A model generated the notes under the pieces. The model saw only the letters and a list, made by a program, of their open reading frames with translations, did no database searches and was not told the origin of the DNA. Of a stretch of DNA of 64,000 nucleotides, positions 37,992 through 49,131 are shown piece after piece. The first letter of the stretch is position 1. Each line of letters starts with the position of its first letter. The translations under genes and the position numbers were made by a program. The stretch comes from Nitrospirota bacterium. GTDB taxonomy: Bacteria > Nitrospirota > Thermodesulfovibrionia > Thermodesulfovibrionales > SM23-35. Location: positions 79,500-143,499 of the forward strand of contig JBMOLW010000030.1 of assembly GCA_049323875.1 (NCBI GenBank). The letters are read 5' to 3'.

Positions 37992-38094
37992 GGGATAGAA
38001 ACAGAGAACTCAGCAATCGCATACAGTCCATAGACATGATTATCCCGTATTCATACTGAATAGTCAAAACTTTAAGCATGATTTTTTGATGCTC

Positions 38095-38123
38095 TTGACT
38101 CTCACCATACCGTCTGATACTAT
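38095..38123 (+). promoter_or_regulatory. Near-consensus sigma70 promoter upstream of the HD-GYP gene
   Basis: TTGACT - 17 nt - TACTAT. The -10 ends 20 nt before the first in-frame ATG (38144), which suggests a very short leader or use of Met-8/Met-11. Confidence 0.4.
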
Positions 38124-38143
38124 TAAGCAATAGCTATAAGTTA

Positions 38144-40855
38144 ATGCGGTTATCCCGGACCCCGATGCTTTGTATGGCCAAGGGGAGAAATGCAGAACAG
38201 GTACCAGTGAACGACGCAGAAGAAACATCTTCAGGAAAGAGCGATCCCCGGTCATCCCGACCGATCCGGTCCGAGGGGATCGATGGCCAGGGGAAGAAAT
38301 GCCGGGAAATCCTGGAATGCAGGGAAATGAAGTGTCCTGCCTATGAACTGTCAACCCTGCAGTGCTGGCTCATTCCCCAAACCCTTTGCTACAATGCGAT
38401 CCAGGGTAATTTCCTCGACAAGATTGAATTGTGCATCGGATGCCGGGTCTTTGCAGAAAATATCGACCGCGAGTCCATTAAGGATACCCTCAAGATCGTA
38501 GACAGACAATTCCGTGAATTCCGGACGATTGTGGAAGAACACGACCGTGAAATGGAAAGGATAGGCATCGAACTCTCGATAAGCCTTTCAGAAGTGTTCG
38601 AGGCATTGCGCAGGATCGCAAAAGGTGATCCGTCGGTAGTGATTCCCGAAGACTCATCGATAGAACTTATCAGCATGCTCAAGCGGGTGGTGAACAGGAC
38701 AGCGGAAGACCTGAAGGAGAATGTGAACCTTTGCCATGAGTTTGCCATAGGCCTTGCGGAACATTTCGATGTCCTCCACCGGGTATCGAAAGGCGATCTT
38801 ACTGCCCGGGTGACCGGCGGTTCTGATATGGAACTCCTCGATTCACTGAAAAACGTTACAAACGATATGATTGCAAACATATCCGAAGAGATTACGAAAC
38901 GGAGAAAGGCGGAAGAGGAGCACAAACAACTGGAGACAAAATACCGGATTATCTTCGAAAATGCAGGCGCCCCTACGATAATTTTTGAAGACCATATGAA
39001 AATATGCATGGCGAACAAGGCATTTGAGCGGTTTTCAGGATATAGGAAAGAGGATGTCGAGGATAAGAGGGACCTCTACCATTTCATTCTCCAGGATGAT
39101 CTGGAGAAGATGAAAAACTTTTTTGAGGAAGGGGCGTCTCTCCGGTCCGCCAACAAAACTCTTGAGTTCCGCTTCATCGGCAGCAGGGGCAACGTGAAGC
39201 ATGTGATGGCTATAATATCTCACATTCCCGGCAGTAGTATGAGTGTTGCCTCCCTCCTGGAAATAACTGAGTTCAAACAGAGAGAGATGGAAGCGATCGC
39301 CTCCATCACAACTGCCCTTCGTTCAGCGCAGACCCGGGCGGACATGATGACGGTAATTATCGATCAGCTTATGGAATTCATGCGGGCTGACGGGGTGTCT
39401 CTCGCAATGCGCGACCCGGCAAGCGGGGAGGCTGTCATCGAGATATCGAAAGGAGACTGGGCTAACTGGACAGGGGTAAGATTGCATGCAGGGGAAGGAA
39501 TAAGCGGGTCCGTAATCGAAACAGGAAAGCCCTATGTAAACAATTCAGCCCTCTCGAGCACCCGCTTTGCCCGTCCGGACCTGATCGGCGATCTCAAGGC
39601 AGTTGCCTGTGTTCCCCTGATGACCCAGGGTCAGACCATCGGTGCGATATGGGTAGGGAGGAGGTCGGACATCGAAGGATATGAAATCAAACTGCTGACT
39701 GCCATAGGTGAAATTGCGGCAAATGCCATCCAGCGAACGACTCTCCATGAGCAGACAGAGCAGCGTCTCCAGCGTCTTTACGCCCTTCACGCAATAGACA
39801 TGGCAATCAGTGCAAGCCTTGATCTCCGGGTGACACTGAATATCCTGCTCGAGCATGTGACTACCCAGCTGCATACCGACGCGGCAACTGTCCTTCTTCT
39901 GAATTCTTCAACCGGAATCCTTGAATATGCAGCAAGCCGGGGATTCCGTTCCCGCACCATAAAACAGACGCGGCTGAGGATAGGGGAGGGGCATGCCGGG
40001 AGGGCGGTGCTCGAAAGACGGATTATCAATGTTCCGAACGTTATGAAAACGGATGATCCGTGCGTGCGTTCACAGATCCTTGCGGGCGAGGTATTTTTGG
40101 CCCATCATGCCGTTCCCCTTATCATCAAGGGGCATGTGAAAGGGGTGCTCGAAGTTTTTCACAGGACTGAACTGGACCCTGACCCTGAGTGGCTCGAATT
40201 CTTCGAAGCCCTTGCTGCGCAGGCTGCCATCGCGATAGACAACGCATCGCTTTTCGATGAACTGCAGCGCTCCAACATAGAACTGACGCTTGCCTATGAC
40301 ACTACCCTCGAAGGATGGTCGCATGCGCTCGACATGCGCGACAAGGAAACAGAAGGCCATACTCTCCGCGTCACCGAGATGACGGTAAAACTCGCGAGGA
40401 GCATGGGAATGAGTGAACCGGAGATCGTGCATATCAGGAGGGGCGCTCTCCTGCACGATATCGGCAAGATGGCGATTTCCGATACGGTGCTCCTCAAGCC
40501 GGGTCCTCTGAATAAAGACGAGTATGAAATTATGTGCAGGCACCCGGCCTATGCCTATGAAATGCTTAAGCCGATTTTGTTCCTGAGGCACGCACTCAAC
40601 ATCCCTTACTGCCACCATGAGAAGTGGGACGGCACAGGATACCCGCGAATGCTGAAGGGCGAGCAGATACCGCTCGAGGCCCGTATTTTTGCGGTAGTCG
40701 ACGTGTGGGACGCCCTGCGCTCGGACCGTCCATACCGTCCGGCGTGGTCTGAACAGCAGACCCTTGAATATATCCTGAACGAATCAGGGAGGCATTTCGA
40801 TCCGAAAGTAGTAAAAGCTTTTGTCGTCATCATGAAGAGCCAGGAGACCCTGTAA
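38144..40855 (+). CDS. Multidomain HD-GYP c-di-GMP phosphodiesterase (Cys-rich two-CW-like domain, helical linker, PAS, two GAF, HD-GYP)
   Basis: The seven-Cys block spans aa 53-100. PAS (YRIIFENAGAPTIIFED), two GAF domains (GQTIGAIWVGRR; GHVKGVLEVFH), and HD-GYP motifs HALDMRD...GHTLRV, LLHDIGK and HHEKWDGTGYP. The start codon is uncertain (38144, 38165 or 38174). Confidence 0.85.
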   Translation: MRLSRTPMLCMAKGRNAEQVPVNDAEETSSGKSDPRSSRPIRSEGIDGQGKKCREILECREMKCPAYELSTLQCWLIPQTLCYNAIQGNFLDKIELCIGCRVFAENIDRESIKDTLKIVDRQFREFRTIVEEHDREMERIGIELSISLSEVFEALRRIAKGDPSVVIPEDSSIELISMLKRVVNRTAEDLKENVNLCHEFAIGLAEHFDVLHRVSKGDLTARVTGGSDMELLDSLKNVTNDMIANISEEITKRRKAEEEHKQLETKYRIIFENAGAPTIIFEDHMKICMANKAFERFSGYRKEDVEDKRDLYHFILQDDLEKMKNFFEEGASLRSANKTLEFRFIGSRGNVKHVMAIISHIPGSSMSVASLLEITEFKQREMEAIASITTALRSAQTRADMMTVIIDQLMEFMRADGVSLAMRDPASGEAVIEISKGDWANWTGVRLHAGEGISGSVIETGKPYVNNSALSSTRFARPDLIGDLKAVACVPLMTQGQTIGAIWVGRRSDIEGYEIKLLTAIGEIAANAIQRTTLHEQTEQRLQRLYALHAIDMAISASLDLRVTLNILLEHVTTQLHTDAATVLLLNSSTGILEYAASRGFRSRTIKQTRLRIGEGHAGRAVLERRIINVPNVMKTDDPCVRSQILAGEVFLAHHAVPLIIKGHVKGVLEVFHRTELDPDPEWLEFFEALAAQAAIAIDNASLFDELQRSNIELTLAYDTTLEGWSHALDMRDKETEGHTLRVTEMTVKLARSMGMSEPEIVHIRRGALLHDIGKMAISDTVLLKPGPLNKDEYEIMCRHPAYAYEMLKPILFLRHALNIPYCHHEKWDGTGYPRMLKGEQIPLEARIFAVVDVWDALRSDRPYRPAWSEQQTLEYILNESGRHFDPKVVKAFVVIMKSQETL

Positions 40856-40912
40856 GTAACCGGTTCATTATTTGTCTTGAAATCTTCCCGTAAATCTGGT
40901 ATCCAATACACT

Positions 40913-42214
40913 ATGCAACGCACGCGCAAGATCCCTGTCTCCGAAGAACATCTGCGAAACCTCGAACAGAAGGTGGAAGACCTCAGGATACTTGCTGAGA
41001 TATCCGCACTCATCTCTTCGACCCTTGATCTCAGCGAACTCATGACGCTTGTCATTGAAAAAGCAAAAACCCTCATGGATGCCGAGGCATGTTCAATCCT
41101 GCTCTATAACAGAAGCACGCACAAGCTCGAGTTCGAGGTCGCTTTCTGCAGGGAGACCACCGCGACAGATATCCTGAAAGAGACGATCACGCTCGATATC
41201 GGACAGGGCATAGCAGGATGGGTGGCAAAACATCAGAAAGTGCTGATTATCAATGATGTGCAGAAGGACAAACGCTTCTATCAGGAAGCCGACAAGGCGA
41301 CCGGATTTCTGACCAGGCGGATGATCGCGGTCCCTCTGGTCGGGAGGAGGGGGCTCATCGGCGTGGCAGAGATTCTGAACCCCCGGAAGGAAACGTACGA
41401 CAGCGAGGTGCTGGAGATACTCGCGAGGCATTTTGCGATCGCTATCGAAAACGCACTCTATTACCGGGATTCTCTTGAGAAGGAGCGGCTGAAGCAGGAG
41501 ATCGAGATAGCGGCTGTCCTGCAGAGGAGTTTTCTTCCGGAAAACCCTTTTTACCGCAAGGGGAACGTTACGGTCTCGGCAATCAATATTCCTGCAAAGC
41601 AGGTCGGGGGCGACCTCTATGATTTTGTCGAGCAGGTCGGGGGCAAACTCGGGGTTTTTATCGGAGATATTTCGGGAAAAGGGGTGTCAGCGGCTCTCTA
41701 CATGGCGAAGATCATCAGTGATTTCCGCAACTTCTCTCGTATGCAGGAAACACCGGATCTGGTCATGAACAGTCTGAACGATATACTCTCCAGAGCGCCA
41801 AGGGGGATGTTCCTTACCGCGCAGTATATTCTGGTAGACACCCTGACGGGAGAAATGAGCGTATCTGATGCCGGACATCCCCCTTTTCTCCTGGTCAGAA
41901 AAAGAGAAGTGAGGGTAATATCCGGACTGTGTGGCCCTCCCCTCGGGATTGTGCCCCTGCGCTATCCGGTAAGTACCTACTCCCTGAAGAGAGGAGACAG
42001 GCTGCTCTTCGTAACTGACGGGGTGTTTGAAGCAAAAAACCGGGAAGGGAAGCGCCTTGGTTTTGATTCCCTGGTCGCATACGTCAGGAAAAAGAAGGGC
42101 GGGGAGCGGCTCATGGAAAAGGTTGCGGAGTATGTGCAAAAATTTTCGAAGGGAGCAGAAGTTGCCGATGACCTTACTCTGGTGGAGCTCTGTTTTCTGG
42201 GTGAGAAGGAATGA
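40913..42214 (+). CDS. GAF-domain PP2C (SpoIIE/RsbU-type) serine phosphatase
   Basis: GAF (GIAGWVAKHQKVLIINDV...GVAEILN) followed by PP2C motifs AAVLQRSFLP, GGDLYDF, FIGDISGKGVSAALYMA, DAGHPP, FVTDGVFEA and DDLTLVEL. The first ATG is 40913; the ORF is open from TTG 40877. Confidence 0.85.
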   Translation: MQRTRKIPVSEEHLRNLEQKVEDLRILAEISALISSTLDLSELMTLVIEKAKTLMDAEACSILLYNRSTHKLEFEVAFCRETTATDILKETITLDIGQGIAGWVAKHQKVLIINDVQKDKRFYQEADKATGFLTRRMIAVPLVGRRGLIGVAEILNPRKETYDSEVLEILARHFAIAIENALYYRDSLEKERLKQEIEIAAVLQRSFLPENPFYRKGNVTVSAINIPAKQVGGDLYDFVEQVGGKLGVFIGDISGKGVSAALYMAKIISDFRNFSRMQETPDLVMNSLNDILSRAPRGMFLTAQYILVDTLTGEMSVSDAGHPPFLLVRKREVRVISGLCGPPLGIVPLRYPVSTYSLKRGDRLLFVTDGVFEAKNREGKRLGFDSLVAYVRKKKGGERLMEKVAEYVQKFSKGAEVADDLTLVELCFLGEKE

Positions 42215-42215
42215 G

Positions 42216-42632
42216 ATGAAAGAATCCCTGAGAATCTCGGTCCCCTCACATCCAAAGTACCTCTCTCTTCTCAGATCGGTCACCGCCAGAATGGCGGAAC
42301 TCTGCGGGTTCGGGGAGGAAGTATCCGAAAATATCAAGCTGGCCGTGGATGAAGCATGCACGAATGTGATCAGACATGCGTATCAGGGCGACACATCGAA
42401 AAAGATTGTTCTACAATATACGATCACGGCAACACAGTTTATGATCATTCTGGAAGACAGGGGTCAAAAGGCTGATATCCGATCGATACAGGGGAGAGAC
42501 CTTGAGGACATAAGGCCCGGAGGACTGGGCGTACACTTTATCAGAAGGATATTTGACGTTGTTGAATACCATGAAAAAAAGAAAAACGGCAACAGGCTTA
42601 TCCTCAGGAAACATCTTGGCAGGGAAAAATGA
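42216..42632 (+). CDS. RsbW/SpoIIAB-type anti-sigma-factor-like serine kinase (HATPase_c_2)
   Basis: N-box VDEACTNVIRHAY, and G-boxes EDRGQ and PGGLGVHFIRR. The ATG lies 1 nt after the phosphatase stop. Confidence 0.85.
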   Translation: MKESLRISVPSHPKYLSLLRSVTARMAELCGFGEEVSENIKLAVDEACTNVIRHAYQGDTSKKIVLQYTITATQFMIILEDRGQKADIRSIQGRDLEDIRPGGLGVHFIRRIFDVVEYHEKKKNGNRLILRKHLGREK

Positions 42633-42958
42633 ACATAGGGGTTGTTGAGGAGCAGGGGAGGAAAGTGCTCACCCTTTCGGGTGAAATCGACATGTATTCT
42701 TCGCCCGAACTCAGACAGGAACTGATGGCTATTCTCGCGGAGAAGGTCCCGGTCCTCCTGATTGATTTCAGGGAAGTCTCCTATATCGACAGTTCCGGAA
42801 TCGCAACGTTTGTCGAAGGGCTGAAATACGTCAAAACATACGGGGGAAAGCTCCAATTTTTCAGCATACCCACGGGGATTATGGATATTTTCAGATTCTC
42901 CAAACTCGACAGGGTATTCGAGATTTATGGAACTCTTGACGATGCCATCAAGAGCTGA
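42629..42958 (+). CDS. STAS-domain protein (RsbV/SpoIIAA-type anti-anti-sigma; positionally MlaB-like)
   Basis: 109 aa with LTLSGEIDMYSSPELRQEL and the phospho-serine motif SYIDSSGIATFVEG. There is a 4-nt overlap with the kinase, and its 3' end overlaps the mlaE start. Confidence 0.85.
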   Translation: MNIGVVEEQGRKVLTLSGEIDMYSSPELRQELMAILAEKVPVLLIDFREVSYIDSSGIATFVEGLKYVKTYGGKLQFFSIPTGIMDIFRFSKLDRVFEIYGTLDDAIKS

Positions 42959-43748
42959 AACCCTTTTCGGTCGTTTCGGGAAAAAAGCCAATTCTGTGTT
43001 CCGTGATATCCATGATGCGTCAAAAATCATCAATGAGATATTCTACTGGTCGTGCATGTCGCCGCTCAGAGGGAAGCCTGTCCGCTTCAGGGCAAGCATT
43101 TATGAAATGGTCAAGGCCGGCTATAATTCTGTCCCCATTATTGCGGTCATATCGTTTTTTATCGGAATAATACTCGCCTTTCAGGCGGCATACCAGTTGA
43201 AGAAGGTCGGCGCCCTGATCTATGTGGCGAACCTTGTGGGAGTATCTATCACCCGTGAACTCGGGCCGATCATTACCGCGATTATCGTATCGGGAAGGAG
43301 CGGGTCTGCCTATGCTGCTGAGATCGGCTCGATGAAGGCTGCCGAAGAGGTCGACGCACTCATCAGCATGGGCATTAACCCGGTGCGCTTTATCGTCGTC
43401 CCGAAACTGGTAGCCCTGGCAGTCATGGTGCCTGCACTCACGCTGTTTTCAGACCTTATCGGGATAGCCGGCGGCTTTGTTCTGTCCGTCTCAGTGCTTG
43501 AGATCCATCCGTACAATTATTTTCAGCAGACAGTAAACGCTCTCCTGGTGAAAGATGTCCTTACGGGCCTAATGAAGGCCGGGGCTTTCGGGGTGATCAT
43601 AACCGTTGTCGGGGCATATCAGGGTTTTAAGGTTACCGGAGGCGCCGAAGAAGTGGGGCGGAGAACGACTGCAGCGGTAGTGGCCTCCATATTTCTGGTG
43701 ATAGTATTTGATCTTTTATTTACTGCGCTGTTTTTCTATTTTACCTGA
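42927..43748 (+). CDS. mlaE: MlaE-type ABC transporter permease
   Basis: SVPIIAVISFFIGIILAFQ, ITRELGPIITAIIVSGRSGSAYAAEIGSMKAAEEVDAL and five or more TM segments. The start is ATG 42927 or 42942. Confidence 0.85.
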   Translation: MELLTMPSRAETLFGRFGKKANSVFRDIHDASKIINEIFYWSCMSPLRGKPVRFRASIYEMVKAGYNSVPIIAVISFFIGIILAFQAAYQLKKVGALIYVANLVGVSITRELGPIITAIIVSGRSGSAYAAEIGSMKAAEEVDALISMGINPVRFIVVPKLVALAVMVPALTLFSDLIGIAGGFVLSVSVLEIHPYNYFQQTVNALLVKDVLTGLMKAGAFGVIITVVGAYQGFKVTGGAEEVGRRTTAAVVASIFLVIVFDLLFTALFFYFT

Positions 43749-43752
43749 AACT

Positions 43753-44538
43753 ATGGAAACGGCAATTGAAGTCAGGAACCTTATAACCCACTACGGGGAC
43801 AGGGAGATCCTCAGGAACATATCATTTTCGATCCCGAGGAGAAAAACCTCGGTAATCCTCGGGGGGAGCGGATGCGGGAAGAGCACGCTCCTGAAGCATC
43901 TCATCGGGCTTCTGAAACCCACATCAGGGGAGATCCTGATCAACGGCAATGACATTGCCGGGATGAACGAAGAAGCATTGAACGGAGTAAGAAAGAAAAT
44001 GGGTGTCCTCTTCCAGGGAGCAGCGCTCCTCAATTCAATGACCGTTGCAGAAAATGTCGCTCTCCCACTCCGTGAACACACAAAACTCAATGCTTCCACC
44101 GTCGGTATCATGGTCCGTATGAAACTCGACCTTGTAGGCCTTTCGGGATTTGACAAGTTTTATCCCTCACAGCTCTCAGGTGGGATGAAGAAGAGGGCAG
44201 GGCTGGCGAGGGCTATAGCCCTCGACCCGGAAATCCTGTTTTTCGACGAACCATCGGCGGGGCTCGATCCGGTGACTGCCGCAGGACTCGACGAGCTGAT
44301 CGTGAACCTGAGGAACGTATTCGGAATGACGATCATCGTCGTAACCCACGAGCTTCCGAGTGTATTCACCATTGCTGATTATGTTATCATGCTTGACAAG
44401 GGTCTGGTTATCTTTGCCGGAACGCTCGATGAACTCAGGGTGTCGGATAACCCGAGGATCAGAATGTTCCTGGACAGGAAACCGGAACAGGAAATGTACT
44501 CGCCCGAAGATTACTTCAGGATAATCGTGGGCGAATGA
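43753..44538 (+). CDS. mlaF: MlaF-type ABC transporter ATP-binding protein
   Basis: Walker A GGSGCGKST, Q-loop, signature LSGGMKKRAGLARA, Walker B ILFFDEPSAGLDP and H-loop VVTHEL. Confidence 0.9.
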   Translation: METAIEVRNLITHYGDREILRNISFSIPRRKTSVILGGSGCGKSTLLKHLIGLLKPTSGEILINGNDIAGMNEEALNGVRKKMGVLFQGAALLNSMTVAENVALPLREHTKLNASTVGIMVRMKLDLVGLSGFDKFYPSQLSGGMKKRAGLARAIALDPEILFFDEPSAGLDPVTAAGLDELIVNLRNVFGMTIIVVTHELPSVFTIADYVIMLDKGLVIFAGTLDELRVSDNPRIRMFLDRKPEQEMYSPEDYFRIIVGE

Positions 44539-44568
44539 CTACTGCATGCTGACGGTGCGAAGGAAACC

Positions 44569-45465
44569 ATGAAGGACGAGATCAAGGCAGGGATAATAAT
44601 CGTAAGCTCAGTCGTGATTCTGAGCGCCTTCATTATCCTGATCGGCGGCGGTCAGTTTTTCGAAGAGTTCGACACCTATACCATAGAGGTCATGAATGCG
44701 GCAGGCCTGGAGCCGGGAGCACAGGTAAGGCTCGGGGGAGTCAGGGTGGGAAGGGTGCTTGCTATTCATGCACCCGTAAAACCGGGAGAACCCGTAACCA
44801 TCAAGGTAGGGGTAAAGAAGGGGACTCTGCTCTATAAGGGGACGAAAGCCCTTATTACCCAGGTCGGCTTTGTAGGAGATATTTATCTCCTGCTCTCTGT
44901 GAATGATACCGTTGACGGGGTTATTCAGGCCGGATCGGTAATCCCTTCCGAGGAAAAGGTGCCGATGGACGTGCTCATGGCAAAACTCAACGGGCTATCT
45001 GAGTCTGTCGACAGACTGATTACTGATATCGATAAGCTCTTTAACGAGAAGAACCTGAAGAATGTTGAAGCCCTTATTGGAAATACCAACACGGCGATTG
45101 TTGCAGGCTCGGCAAATATCGAAAAGATCGCATCAGGACTCAAGGCAACAACCGAAAAACTGGAGGGAGTTCTCGGCGAGATAGATACAATCGTCAGGGA
45201 AAACAGCGGAGAGATATCCCTGCTGGTAAAGAAAGCGCGCGAAGACATCGAAAGGGCAGGGGAGATGATCAGGAGCATAGAGTCAACGGCAAAGTCTGTT
45301 GAGAAGACTTCAAGGACAGCTGACAGAACGATTGAGTACCAGTCGAGGAATATCGAGAACCTGATTCTTGCAATGACGAAAACTACGGAAGAAATGCAGG
45401 ACCTCCTCCAGGAGATCAAACACAAACCCTGGAGCGTATTGTACAAGGAACGAGGGGGAGAGTGA
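44569..45465 (+). CDS. mlaD: MlaD/MCE-domain substrate-binding protein with a long helical C-terminus
   Basis: An N-terminal TM anchor (IIIVSSVVILSAFIILIGG), the MCE core AGLEPGAQVRLGGVRVGRV, and a coiled-coil tail. Confidence 0.8.
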   Translation: MKDEIKAGIIIVSSVVILSAFIILIGGGQFFEEFDTYTIEVMNAAGLEPGAQVRLGGVRVGRVLAIHAPVKPGEPVTIKVGVKKGTLLYKGTKALITQVGFVGDIYLLLSVNDTVDGVIQAGSVIPSEEKVPMDVLMAKLNGLSESVDRLITDIDKLFNEKNLKNVEALIGNTNTAIVAGSANIEKIASGLKATTEKLEGVLGEIDTIVRENSGEISLLVKKAREDIERAGEMIRSIESTAKSVEKTSRTADRTIEYQSRNIENLILAMTKTTEEMQDLLQEIKHKPWSVLYKERGGE

Positions 45466-45469
45466 GACG

Positions 45470-46045
45470 ATGAAAAGAGTGTTGCTCACCGTAGGTATTC
45501 TTGTTGCAACAACTGCGTGCAGCATGCCTGAAACAAGGATTTATAGCCTCATGCTCCCCGGTACGGTGAAGGTTAACCAGCAGAGTCACGAGAGGCAGGC
45601 ATCTCTTGTCATTGTCATGGATGCTCCCCGGCATCTCAGTCAATCGTATATCGTGTACAGGGTTTCCCCGTATCAGCTCCGGATTTCGCGGTATGCGAAA
45701 TGGGAATCACCGCCGGATGAGATCGTACGGAGGGCTATCCGGGATACCCTGGCCGGTACAGGCAGATTCAGGGATGTCAGGGCCGCTTCCCTGGTCTCTG
45801 AAGGGTCGTATGTGCTCGAGATCAATCTGAAAAGATTCGAGAGGACAGAGAGCGAAAACGATGTCTTTGGTGAACTCTCGTTCGATATGAAACTAGTTTC
45901 TCCTGAAGAGGCCGAGCTCTCTTATGCAGCAATCACGAAAAAAGTGAAACTCGAAGACGGGAATTTTCTCAGTCTTGCCCGGGGGTTGAGCGCTGCCCTT
46001 GGAGAAGCCCTGGAGGAAGTGCAGGCAGAGGTTAGTAAGCCTTAG
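45470..46045 (+). CDS. PqiC/YmbA-like (DUF330) transport-auxiliary lipoprotein
   Basis: Lipobox LVATTAC, about 190 aa, starting 4 nt after mlaD. This placement is typical of ABC-type transport auxiliary lipoproteins. Confidence 0.65.
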   Translation: MKRVLLTVGILVATTACSMPETRIYSLMLPGTVKVNQQSHERQASLVIVMDAPRHLSQSYIVYRVSPYQLRISRYAKWESPPDEIVRRAIRDTLAGTGRFRDVRAASLVSEGSYVLEINLKRFERTESENDVFGELSFDMKLVSPEEAELSYAAITKKVKLEDGNFLSLARGLSAALGEALEEVQAEVSKP

Positions 46046-46063
46046 CCTTTCTACCACATATAA

Positions 46064-47362
<1,299 letters not shown>

Positions 47363-47463
47363 GGCAGGATGTATCTGAAGAGAATATTAGAATGCCGGGG
47401 TTTGCCATCGATATGAAAATACCCCTGTCCATAGATCTACAGGCATTTTGTTAGGAGTACGAA

Positions 47464-49122
47464 ATGAAACTCCATGAACTCGCAGGCAAACCAGCGCCGA
47501 GATCGCTGCTCGCCAATATCCCGAGACTCATTGCGGCCTATTATGCGTACAAGCCGGATGCCGATGAAACAACCCATCAGGTGTCGTTCGGCACGTCCGG
47601 ACACCGGGGTTCTTCCCTGAGACACAGCTTCAATGAAGCACATATCCTCGCAATCAGTCAGGCCATATGCGAATACAGAAAAACGAACCGCATCAGGGGG
47701 CCCCTGTTCCTGGGAATGGACACCCATGCATTGTCAGAACCTGCGCGGGTGAGCGCACTCGAGGTCTTTGCAGCGAACAAGATACCGGTTCTGGTGCAGC
47801 AGGGGTTCCGGTATACCCCAACCCCGGTAATCTCACATGCTATCCTTACGTATAACAAAAAGATCCGCGGGATCAGAGGCCGCTCCGATGGTGTGGTCAT
47901 TACTCCTTCCCATAATCCACCCGAGGATGGAGGGTTCAAGTACAACCCCCCCCACGGCGGTCCTGCCGATGACGGCACCACCAGGAGAATCGAGGAAAAG
48001 GCAAACGAGCTGCTCGCCAGGGGACTCAAAGGCGTCAGGAGGATGCCGTACGAAAGGGCAGTAAAGAGCGGATCCATTTCCGAATATGATTATATATCTC
48101 CTTATGTAGACGACCTTGTCAATATCATAGACATGGAGTGTATTTCATCCGCAGGGTTGAAGATCGGTGTGGACCCGCTGGGAGGGGCTGCGATCGATTT
48201 TTGGGAGCCTATTGCAGACCGCTACGGAATTGCACTTGAGGTGGTCAATACGGTTATCGATCCTGCATTCTCCTTTATGACTTTGGACAAGGACGGAAAG
48301 ATCAGGATGGACTGCTCGTCACCCTATGCAATGGAGCGTCTCATACGGTTAAAAGATAGATACGATATTGCCTTTGGAAACGATACGGATGTGGACCGCC
48401 ACGGGATCGTAACGAGAGAGGCAGGTCTCATGAACCCGAACCATTATCTGTCAGCAGCACTATGGTTTCTCCTCCAGAACAGGACGGATTGGAGAAAAGA
48501 CGCAATGGTAGGGAAGACTCTTGTTTCGACCTCCATGATCGACAGAGTTGCCGGAGCGCTCGGGAGGAGAGTCTCGGAGGTGCCTGTTGGATTCAAATGG
48601 TTTGTTGAAGGACTTATCGATGGCTCATACGCGTTTGGGGGAGAAGAGAGCGCAGGAGCTTCTTTTGTGAGGAAGAACGGAACGGTATGGACAACGGACA
48701 AGGACGGCATCATCATGGACCTCCTTGCCTGTGAAATCACTGCCGGAACGGGGAAGGACCCCGCTTTCCTCTATCAAGAGCTTGAGGAAAGGTTCGGCAG
48801 ACCGTCATATATTCGTATTGATGCGCCGGCAACGTCTGAACAGAAGGCTGTTCTGAAAAAACTCTCTCCTGAAATGGTTACTTCACATGAACTTGCAGGG
48901 GAGCCCATAACTGCAAAATTGACCCGTGCTCCGGGCAATAATGCTGAAATCGGGGGGCTGAAGGTTATTACCCAAAACGGATGGTTTGCTGCGCGTCCTT
49001 CAGGCACGGAGGATATTTACAAAATTTATGCAGAGAGTTTCCTTGGCAGGGAACATCTCGAGAAGATACAGGATGAGGCTCTAGCAATTGTCAGCGACGC
49101 ATTCGTCCGGGCAGGCGTCTGA
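47464..49122 (+). CDS. pgm: Phosphoglucomutase (alpha-D-glucose-phosphate-specific, E. coli Pgm type)
   Basis: FGTSGHRG, the phosphoserine loop [36 protein letters not shown] and a length of 552 aa. Confidence 0.9.
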   Translation: MKLHELAGKPAPRSLLANIPRLIAAYYAYKPDADETTHQVSFGTSGHRGSSLRHSFNEAHILAISQAICEYRKTNRIRGPLFLGMDTHALSEPARVSALEVFAANKIPVLVQQGFRYTPTPVISHAILTYNKKIRGIRGRSDGVVITPSHNPPEDGGFKYNPPHGGPADDGTTRRIEEKANELLARGLKGVRRMPYERAVKSGSISEYDYISPYVDDLVNIIDMECISSAGLKIGVDPLGGAAIDFWEPIADRYGIALEVVNTVIDPAFSFMTLDKDGKIRMDCSSPYAMERLIRLKDRYDIAFGNDTDVDRHGIVTREAGLMNPNHYLSAALWFLLQNRTDWRKDAMVGKTLVSTSMIDRVAGALGRRVSEVPVGFKWFVEGLIDGSYAFGGEESAGASFVRKNGTVWTTDKDGIIMDLLACEITAGTGKDPAFLYQELEERFGRPSYIRIDAPATSEQKAVLKKLSPEMVTSHELAGEPITAKLTRAPGNNAEIGGLKVITQNGWFAARPSGTEDIYKIYAESFLGREHLEKIQDEALAIVSDAFVRAGV

Positions 49123-49131
49123 GAGAACTCT

